DNA from: a virus
Lineage: Duplodnaviria; Caudoviricetes
Length of the DNA stretch: 33,632 nt
Reading direction: 5' to 3' (one strand)
Virus record (IMG/VR): IMGVR_UViG_3300016469_000504
Span: 1-33,632 of that record
Both the position numbers and the translations under genes were made by a program. Shown here piece after piece: positions 1 to 6,805 of this stretch. Within the stretch, counting starts at the first letter, position 1. Every line of letters begins with the position of its first letter. A model generated the notes under the pieces. The model was not told the DNA's origin and did not search any database. It was given only the letters and a program-made list of their open reading frames with translations.

Positions 1-3
1 AGT

Positions 4-765
4 ATGGAACACGAGGGTTCAGCAGACAAAACAGTGCTCAGCTTGCGCAAGAAGCGTGCCTGCTCGGTTGAGGGGTGTGAGGCCGCCCATTACACTAAAA
101 CGTATTGTCAAAAGCATTATATGGCGCAGAGGTATTTGCTTAAGAAAGCTGAGCTAAAGCAAAAAGCCTCTCAATATCGAAAGAACAACAGAGAGCACGT
201 AAAACTTTTAAAGAGAGCAGAATATTTACGGAATAGGGAAAAGCTTTTAGAGAGTAAAAAAATTTACTATTCGAAGAAAGCAGAAGAGCTAAAAGCCAAG
301 AAGCGCGCAGAGTATGAGTTGAACAAAGACGCCGTTTTAGCGCGAAATAAATCCTACAGAAAAAACAATTCGGAAAAGATAAGAAAGAACCGAAGACAAG
401 TTTATACCGAAAACAAAGCGGTCTTTTTTGAGCGCAACGCTCACCGAAGAGCCGCAAAAATAGCGGCTACACCGAAGTGGCTTTCGGCAACTCAAAAAGC
501 TGAGATCCGACAAAAATATGAGCTTGCCGCTAAGTGGACCAAAGAAACTGGAGTTAAACACGTAGTAGACCACACTTCACCGCTAAAAAGTGAGCAAATA
601 TGTGGCCTTCACGTACCTTGGAATCTGAGGGTAATCCCTGAGGCCTTAAACGCATCCAAAAACAACAAGATCGACACCGCCCTCATAGCCGACCCAAACG
701 GCCACAGGGACATACACGTCTCTGAGCTAAACTCAGCCCCAGCTATTACCGCAAAAAGCGGTTAA
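4..765 (+). CDS. HNH endonuclease with N-terminal Cys/His motif and 15-aa helical repeats
   Basis: C-terminal ATPKWL...HVVDHTSPL...CGLHVPWNLRVIPEALNASKNNK is a phage HNH motif; N-terminal CSVEGC...YCQKHY; paralog at 26922-27479. The frame is open to the window edge, so the start may be upstream. Confidence 0.85.
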   Translation: MEHEGSADKTVLSLRKKRACSVEGCEAAHYTKTYCQKHYMAQRYLLKKAELKQKASQYRKNNREHVKLLKRAEYLRNREKLLESKKIYYSKKAEELKAKKRAEYELNKDAVLARNKSYRKNNSEKIRKNRRQVYTENKAVFFERNAHRRAAKIAATPKWLSATQKAEIRQKYELAAKWTKETGVKHVVDHTSPLKSEQICGLHVPWNLRVIPEALNASKNNKIDTALIADPNGHRDIHVSELNSAPAITAKSG

Positions 766-782
766 ATAACCTCTTTCATAGG

Positions 783-800
783 TGTTTCACGGATGAAACA
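783..800 (+). promoter_or_regulatory. CsrA/RsmA-type hairpin over the portal start codon
   Basis: TGTTTCA-CGGA-TGAAACA is a perfect 7-bp stem. Its core TCACGGATGA fits the (A/U)CANGGANG(U/A) consensus and contains the ATG at 793. Confidence 0.55.
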
Positions 801-2988
801 AGATCGTAAAAATGCTCTGAAGCAAGTCGAAGCCCCTTTACGCGAGAAGGTATTAACAAAGCTCGTAGATAAGCTTGAAGAAAAGGGTCAAGGTCAGCGC
901 ACGCTCGAAGTTTGGAATATGGCCAACGCTGCAAGAGCGGATTGGCTTAAGAGGCAAGAGACCTTTCAGCGTTACGTCGATGAGTTCTTGGAGCCTATAA
1001 ACCCAAAGGCAGCCGACTGGAGTTCAAACCTCCACCTGCCCGTTGTTTACACCGCAGTCAAAACCCTGCACGCGCGCTTTATGGCGGCTCTCTTTGACCT
1101 TGATACACCCTTTTCAATCAGAGCACGACAGTCGGCAAACAAAGACAGAGAGCAGATCGTTACGGACACCATGCGATACACGCTCAAGTCTTGGATTAAC
1201 TATCGCCAAGGCATTGAGCCGACCGCTGACGTGTGGCTTTACGACATTATCACGTCTGGTTCAGGCGTATTAAAAGCCCGCTGGGATAAGCGTTTCACGC
1301 GCTTTACTGACGTAGTCGAAAAGCAGGTTTTGCGGGACGTCTTTACTGTTGTTAACCCTGACACAGGCGAATCAGAGCAACTACCACAATACGAGACGGT
1401 CGAAGAGGAGCAAGACGTTACTCTTACCGTATTTGACGGTCCGGTTGCTGATGCTGTAGCTCCTGAAGACATTGTTGTTCTTGGTGGGGACGGCGATCCC
1501 CAGTTAGCAGACGAAGTCATCCAGCAACTCTGGCTTTCAGAAGGCGAACTTTGGACTCTTGCTGATCAAAAGATCTTTAGAAAAGAGAGCGTTGAGAAGA
1601 TCGTTAGGGGCGGCAAGGATTACAAGGGTAGCGAACAGGCAAATGGCGTTAAGCTTTTGCGCACTGAGACTGCAGGCATCGGTTCGCTAGATAACGAGTA
1701 CGACCTGCCCCGTTGGCACATTCTAGAGCGCTACTGCAAAGTCGATCTAGATGGCTCCGGTATTCCAGCAGATGTCGTTATGTGGGTTCATAAAGATTCA
1801 GGCGAGATCCTGCGCGCCACCTACCTGCACCGCATCTCCAAATCAGGCAAACGCCCAATGTTTAGGTCTTTTTTTCACAGACGTCGTGGCGACAACAACG
1901 GCGTAGGTCTTCCTGAGCTCATGTATTCACTTGCTCAAGAGATTGACGCCATTCACAACATGAAGATCGATTTTGGCCTCCTGTCGTCCATGCCGTTTGG
2001 CTATTACCGGCCCACGTCGAGCATGTCTGAAGAGCGCTTGCCACTTGAGCCAGGAACGCTCATTCCTCTAGATAATCCGCAGGCCGATGTTTACTTCCCG
2101 CAACTTGGTAGCAAGTGGGCTTTTGCAGCAGGTGAGGAGCAGTTCCTCTTTACACAAATCGAGCGCTTGACCTCAATCTCTGACTTGAACCTTGGAGTCA
2201 TGTCAGGCTCACAAGGTGCAACTCGTACTGCCACAGGCGCACGCGCGCTGTTGGGTGAGTCCAACGCCAATCTGAACATCTACCTTCGCCGAATCAACGT
2301 TGCATGGGGACCATTCTTAAACTTTGTTCTTGAAATGCTTCAAAGCCGCATGCCTGAAGGCATGGAGTTCCGTCTTTTTGGAGACGACGGTCAACTTTAC
2401 TTCCGTCAGATCAAATCACGCGACGAGATCGCAGGCCAATACGACTTTGAGCTCGAAGGCTCCTCAGCCAACTCAAACAAAGCGGTCACGATTGAACAAG
2501 CTAACTCTGTTTTCATGACAATTCTCAACCCGCTGCTTATTCAACTCGGCGTCGTTACACCTTCAGAGATTTACAACGCGCTCAAAGCAAAACTAGTTGC
2601 CGAAGGCGTTCGCGATTTCAGTAAGTTTATACGCAAACCGCAAGGCCCAATGCGCATCTACACACCTGAAGAAGCAGTTAACGCAATTCTTGCAGGCGTC
2701 GACATTCCAATGGGACCAGAGCAAGACCTCCAGGGCTTCTTACAGTTCTGGACTTATATAAAAGACAACGACGAATTGCTCGGCCAGTTTAACCAAGATC
2801 AAGTCATAAAAGTTGAGCTCAAAGCACGTGAAGTACAAGCAATGCTTGAGGCCGTCCAGCAGCAGCAGGCACAGATGGCAAATCAGAATCAAGTTCAGAT
2901 GAACGCTTCAATGGGCACGCCTACACCAGCAGGCGCAGGAGCAGCCCAGGCGCAGGCGCCACAGCAAGCACCACCTGAACAGGTGTAG
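793..2988 (+). CDS. Portal protein (P22-like podovirus type)
   Basis: 731 aa; first large gene of the head module; GVGLPELMYSLAQEIDAIHN, EPGTLIP and TATGARAL motifs typical of podovirus portals; Gln-rich tail. Confidence 0.85.
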   Translation: MKQDRKNALKQVEAPLREKVLTKLVDKLEEKGQGQRTLEVWNMANAARADWLKRQETFQRYVDEFLEPINPKAADWSSNLHLPVVYTAVKTLHARFMAALFDLDTPFSIRARQSANKDREQIVTDTMRYTLKSWINYRQGIEPTADVWLYDIITSGSGVLKARWDKRFTRFTDVVEKQVLRDVFTVVNPDTGESEQLPQYETVEEEQDVTLTVFDGPVADAVAPEDIVVLGGDGDPQLADEVIQQLWLSEGELWTLADQKIFRKESVEKIVRGGKDYKGSEQANGVKLLRTETAGIGSLDNEYDLPRWHILERYCKVDLDGSGIPADVVMWVHKDSGEILRATYLHRISKSGKRPMFRSFFHRRRGDNNGVGLPELMYSLAQEIDAIHNMKIDFGLLSSMPFGYYRPTSSMSEERLPLEPGTLIPLDNPQADVYFPQLGSKWAFAAGEEQFLFTQIERLTSISDLNLGVMSGSQGATRTATGARALLGESNANLNIYLRRINVAWGPFLNFVLEMLQSRMPEGMEFRLFGDDGQLYFRQIKSRDEIAGQYDFELEGSSANSNKAVTIEQANSVFMTILNPLLIQLGVVTPSEIYNALKAKLVAEGVRDFSKFIRKPQGPMRIYTPEEAVNAILAGVDIPMGPEQDLQGFLQFWTYIKDNDELLGQFNQDQVIKVELKAREVQAMLEAVQQQQAQMANQNQVQMNASMGTPTPAGAGAAQAQAPQQAPPEQV

Positions 2989-2991
2989 TTT

Positions 2992-3252
2992 ATGTCGGCA
3001 CTTAAACCATTAAAACTTACAGAGGACGAACGCGACCTCTTAATGGAGCTGGCACAATCTGAAAAGCTTGAACTTATCGAGAAGATCGGAAGGTTCATTC
3101 TAAGCCGTCAAGCCAATCGCGTCCTGACTTACCACTTAAGTTCAGGGCCAGAACAGCTTGTAATCGAAAAGGCTCGATATGAGGGGGCGGACTCACTCTT
3201 TGAGGCCCTTCTCTCAGAGATAAAGCGGAGTTTAGACGCTAAGAAGACTTAA
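2992..3252 (+). CDS. Small helical protein between portal and scaffold
   Basis: 86-aa ORF 3 nt after the portal stop, a usual position in podovirus head modules. Confidence 0.65.
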   Translation: MSALKPLKLTEDERDLLMELAQSEKLELIEKIGRFILSRQANRVLTYHLSSGPEQLVIEKARYEGADSLFEALLSEIKRSLDAKKT

Positions 3253-3283
3253 AAGTCATCATAAACGAGGCCTATGATGACTT
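3253..3283. repeat. Perfect 11-bp inverted repeat (hairpin or operator)
   Basis: AAGTCATCATA-N9-TATGATGACTT in the gap before the scaffold gene; no U-tract follows. Confidence 0.7.
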
Positions 3284-3335
3284 AAATAACGTCAAAAAAG
3301 GCCTGCGATCGGTCGTGTCGTACCACGGAGGGAAC

Positions 3336-4025
3336 ATGGAAGAGAGTAATAACCAAGGCGCAGGTGCGCCCGAGGGTGTCGAGGGTTCAGAGGCTCAGCA
3401 GCCAGATCCAATAAAGAACCTAAAATCAGAGTTCGGAAGAAAATTCGACTCAGTTCAAGACCAGCTAAAAGCTCAAAATGAACAGCTCCAGCGAATGGTT
3501 GAGCAGATTATCGCTGCACAGTCGGCCAAACAAGAGCCGCAAGAAGAGCCAGATCCGGTTCTTAATCCAAAGCAGTTTAAAGAGCAGATCAAGCGCGAAG
3601 CCTTAGCAGAAGTGCAGCGATCAACACAGCTTTCAATGGCAACGCAGAACGAAGTGGCTCGAATTCAAGCCATGTATCCTGAATTTGCCCAAGAGAACTC
3701 AGAGGCGGCACAGATTGCGCTAAAAAAGTTTCAGGCATTGCCCGCACACCTTAAAGGAACGCCAGAGGGCGCACGCCTAGTGCTGTTTGAAGCTGCAAAC
3801 GAGGTCGGTCTCGTACCAAAAAAGGCTCGTAAAACAGAGCAAGGAGCAGATGAGGGTTACACAATGGGCTCAAGCCCGTCAAAAAACATTCGTCAGAGCT
3901 CACAAGGCAAGCTTGATGAGCGTTCTTTGGCGTTTGCACAACTTGTCGGCTTAAACGTAGATGATCCAGAGGTTCGTAAACGCCTTGAGAACCGAACGAA
4001 GCGCGCATTTAACAAGTACGAGTAA
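3336..4025 (+). CDS. Capsid scaffolding protein
   Basis: Acidic low-complexity N-terminus, coiled-coil and basic C-terminus; lies between portal and capsid. ATG 3336 is preferred over 3315 because of the GGAGG RBS. Confidence 0.7.
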   Translation: MEESNNQGAGAPEGVEGSEAQQPDPIKNLKSEFGRKFDSVQDQLKAQNEQLQRMVEQIIAAQSAKQEPQEEPDPVLNPKQFKEQIKREALAEVQRSTQLSMATQNEVARIQAMYPEFAQENSEAAQIALKKFQALPAHLKGTPEGARLVLFEAANEVGLVPKKARKTEQGADEGYTMGSSPSKNIRQSSQGKLDERSLAFAQLVGLNVDDPEVRKRLENRTKRAFNKYE

Positions 4026-4055
4026 GTAAAAACTTAAAAATAAGGACCAAAAACC

Positions 4056-4490
4056 ATGTCAAAAAACACTAAAAACCCTAGTAAACCCATCTCATCCGAC
4101 TTCGTCGGCGAGATTCACGACTCTCAATTGAGCGTTCCCCAAAATCTTAAGGAAGAAATGCGATCTAAAGGCCTAGAGTGGCGTTGGATTTCGCTAAAAG
4201 ACCTTCAGAGAAACGGCGGATTTCACCGAGCCAACTGGAAGCCCTATAAATCGGACTCCATTAAGTCGGTCTCTTCAGATTTTGGTGGCACAGGTCCCGA
4301 AGGCTACCTAGTACGTGGGGAAATGGTGCTAGCTGCTAAATCAAAAGAGGCAGTTGAACAGCAGCGCGCACTCATTCGCCGAAAAACAGAGGCGCAGGCG
4401 GGCTACGGTAAGCAGGCAGCACAGCAGCTTCGAAGCACCCTGGGCAACAAAGCCAAAGTCGTCGAAGGCTACGAAGACGACGGCGAATAA
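4056..4490 (+). CDS. Head-module hypothetical protein
   Basis: 144 aa with AAGGA RBS; EWRWI...GW-like and LVRGEMVLA pattern; lies between scaffold and capsid genes. Confidence 0.7.
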   Translation: MSKNTKNPSKPISSDFVGEIHDSQLSVPQNLKEEMRSKGLEWRWISLKDLQRNGGFHRANWKPYKSDSIKSVSSDFGGTGPEGYLVRGEMVLAAKSKEAVEQQRALIRRKTEAQAGYGKQAAQQLRSTLGNKAKVVEGYEDDGE

Positions 4491-4616
4491 GAGTCGACCA
4501 AAAACTCGACAAAAACAAGAGCCCTCCGTCTCTGATACAAATTAAGTGTCTTTTCCGAGGCGCCTCAAGGACGAAGCCCTCGATAAAAACCAATAAAGCC
4601 ATGGAGGGCTTTTTCT
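4491..4616 (+). promoter_or_regulatory. Structured leader of the capsid genes with two CANGGANG sites and anti-SD segments
   Basis: TCAAGGACGA at 4565-4574; hairpin AAAGCC-ATGGAG-GGCTTT at 4595-4612 over the SD; GAGCCCTCC (4519-4527) and AAGCCCTC (4574-4581) are complementary to the SD region GGAGGGCTT. Confidence 0.5.
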
Positions 4617-5108
4617 ATGTCTAGCAGAAACCAACCTATGGGCGCTCGACCGTTTGGTCCAGCTTTGCGCCTACGGCCTTACGTAGCTGACGGCATCATC
4701 TATGCTGGTCAGCCTGTAAAGCTTGCCGCTACCGGCAAAATTTCCGCTGCTGCCGCAAGTGATGCACTTTGCGGAGTCGCTGCAACTTACGCGAGCGCTG
4801 ACGGCGCAACCGTAATGGTTTGGGATCATCCCAACCAAGAGTTTGTCATGCAGTCAGACGATGCAACCATCGATGCAGCAACGGATTTGAACCTCAACTA
4901 CAACTTCGTTGTTGGAACCCACAACACAACGTATCGACGTGCAAACGTTCAGATTGACGGAGATACCGGCGCCACTTCTTCCACATTGCCTCTTAAAGTT
5001 CTGCGCGCAGTTGCAGATGTCGACAGCGTGCTGGGAAGCAACGTCGACTGCGTCTTCATTATTAACAACCACCAATACAAAGGTGGAACCGGAACGGCAG
5101 GAGTGTAA
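4617..5108 (+). CDS. Capsid decoration/cement protein
   Basis: 163 aa directly before the major capsid gene; IYAGQPVKL...LCGVA...VMVWDHPNQEF pattern; ends GTAGV. Confidence 0.65.
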   Translation: MSSRNQPMGARPFGPALRLRPYVADGIIYAGQPVKLAATGKISAAAASDALCGVAATYASADGATVMVWDHPNQEFVMQSDDATIDAATDLNLNYNFVVGTHNTTYRRANVQIDGDTGATSSTLPLKVLRAVADVDSVLGSNVDCVFIINNHQYKGGTGTAGV

Positions 5109-5111
5109 CCC

Positions 5112-6041
5112 ATGAGCGCACCAGTTTTTTTGCGTGGTAACTATTCAGATCTTTATGGCAGTTCGATGCTGCCTGTGCTCGAGGAGCTCTTCCGCTCTGA
5201 GATTGCACGTCACCCAATGAAGCGTGAAATGCTCTTCAAGAAAGTCAAAGCGTCAACTGACATTTGGCAAGCCTCTGAAATCCATGACATGCCTTTGTTT
5301 GCTGAAGTTCAGGAAGGTGAAGACTACTCTTACAGCCGTCCTCGCCAAGGCGTTAGCAAGACCTTTGTTCCGAAGAAATTCGGTCTAGGCTTCAGCGTTT
5401 CTGAAGAAGCAGTAGACGATCAAAAGTTTGATGTCATTGCTGACGCTGTTCGCAAAATGGCCAAATCAGCTCTTGAGAGCCAAGAGATTTCAGCAATGAA
5501 CATCTTGAACAACGGTTTTACTACTGAGTTGGCTGCTGACGGATTGAGCGTGTTCAATACTGCTCACACTCTGCCTTCAGGCCTCACTTTCCGAAACCGT
5601 TTGGCTGCTGATGCTGACCTCTCAGTTTCATCGCTTGACACTGCTTTGACTGATTTCAAAACTCAGTTCATTGGCGACACTGGCATCATCGAGTACATCG
5701 AGCCTAAGGTTCTTTTGGTTCCTGAGGCTCTTCGTCGTTACGCCATGGAGATTATCGGCTCTGATTTGAAGGCCGACACTTCTGACAACAACATGAACTC
5801 GCTCAGACAAGAAGGTTTGCGTGTTGTTAGCTCGCCTCACCTGACTGACCTCGACGCTTGGTTCTTGATCGCTGATCCTTCTGAGACTGGATTGCGCATC
5901 GTAGAGCGTAAAGGCATTGAGACTAAGTACGCAGGCGGAGACGCTGGTTTCAACAACGACTCAATCCTCATCAAAGCACGCTATCGCGAACAGGTCGGAG
6001 TTACTCATCCAAAGGGTATCTTCGGTTCTCGCGGAGCCTAA
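5112..6041 (+). CDS. Major capsid protein (HK97 fold, Mu gpT-like)
   Basis: 309 aa; KFGLGFSVSEEAVDD, PKVLLVPEAL, SPHLTDLDAWFL and GIFGSRGA motifs. Confidence 0.9.
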   Translation: MSAPVFLRGNYSDLYGSSMLPVLEELFRSEIARHPMKREMLFKKVKASTDIWQASEIHDMPLFAEVQEGEDYSYSRPRQGVSKTFVPKKFGLGFSVSEEAVDDQKFDVIADAVRKMAKSALESQEISAMNILNNGFTTELAADGLSVFNTAHTLPSGLTFRNRLAADADLSVSSLDTALTDFKTQFIGDTGIIEYIEPKVLLVPEALRRYAMEIIGSDLKADTSDNNMNSLRQEGLRVVSSPHLTDLDAWFLIADPSETGLRIVERKGIETKYAGGDAGFNNDSILIKARYREQVGVTHPKGIFGSRGA

Positions 6042-6050
6042 TCAATTAAC

Positions 6051-6114
6051 CTTGTTTCGACGGACCCTTGGCTTTGCCGCCTTGGGTTCGACTTAGCCTT
6101 AAGACGAAGACAAG
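6051..6114 (+). ncRNA. Candidate structured cis-regulatory RNA after the capsid gene
   Basis: Outer stem CTTGTTTCG/CGAAGACAAG; inner stem CGGACCC/GGGTTCG; small GGC-TTT-GCC hairpin; ends just before the next RBS. Confidence 0.35.
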
Positions 6115-6133
6115 AAAGAAAAGGTAAATAAAA

Positions 6134-6475
6134 ATGGCACGTTCAACATTCTCAGGTCCAATCACAAGTCAAAACGGAGTTCGAATCGGAGCAGCTGGAA
6201 CCGATATCGTTCGCGTGGTGAAGGGCGCAATTACTGTAGATCCGGCTAACTTGGCAGCAAACACCGCAGCTGAAGAAACTCTCACGCTTACTGGCGCAGC
6301 TGTAGGAGACATCGTTATCCTTCAGCCCCCGGCGGCAGGCATTAACGCAGGCATGCTTGTTTGTGATGTCCGAGTATCTGCAGCAGATGAGATTAAGTTT
6401 CGTTTGCTCAACTCCACTGGCGGCGCAATCAACGTAGCTTCTGCCGACTGGAATTACCTCCTAATCAAGTTTTAA
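6134..6475 (+). CDS. Virion structural protein (head fibre/decoration-like)
   Basis: 113 aa starting MARSTFSGP, an N-terminus typical of the gene after the capsid in such phages; beta-rich. Confidence 0.65.
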   Translation: MARSTFSGPITSQNGVRIGAAGTDIVRVVKGAITVDPANLAANTAAEETLTLTGAAVGDIVILQPPAAGINAGMLVCDVRVSAADEIKFRLLNSTGGAINVASADWNYLLIKF

Positions 6476-6490
6476 TAGGAGGGCCTTCAC

Positions 6491-6748
6491 ATGGCTAACA
6501 CAAGAGCGGCAAACGTTTTACGAGTCGACACGACTGCCGACTTTGCAGATTTAAAAAACATCTGCGGCATTAAGTACATTGGTGCTGCAAGCGGTACCGC
6601 GGTCATTAAAGACAAAGACACTAGCGGCAACACACTTTGGCAAGAGTCTGGCACGTCTAACGTTTTTAACGAAGTAAAAATCAACGCAGCTGAAGGCATG
6701 CGGGTTGAGGTAACAAACTCAGCAGTCGTTTTGATTTATCTCGGCTAA
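6491..6748 (+). CDS. Small beta-rich virion protein
   Basis: 85 aa with AGGAGG RBS inside the structural operon. Confidence 0.65.
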   Translation: MANTRAANVLRVDTTADFADLKNICGIKYIGAASGTAVIKDKDTSGNTLWQESGTSNVFNEVKINAAEGMRVEVTNSAVVLIYLG

Positions 6749-6750
6749 AT

Positions 6751-6790
6751 CGACACGCAGGGTGCTGAAGTAGAATCAGCCCTGGGTCGT
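6751..6790 (+). other. Intergenic hairpin before the tail genes
   Basis: CAGGGTGCTGA...TCAGCCCTG pairs with a 2-nt bulge, enclosed by CGAC/GTCG; no U-tract. Confidence 0.35.
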
Positions 6791-6805
6791 TAGAGGAGTG
6801 AGCAC

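Noticed and set aside
1-792. Group I intron hosting the HNH gene
   Set aside because: No intron core elements recognised and the portal starts 28 nt after the stop; upstream context is missing, so this is not fully excluded.
6042-6133. Rho-independent terminator after the capsid gene
   Set aside because: The stem is followed by a purine-rich tract rather than a U-run; kept only as a structured RNA candidate.
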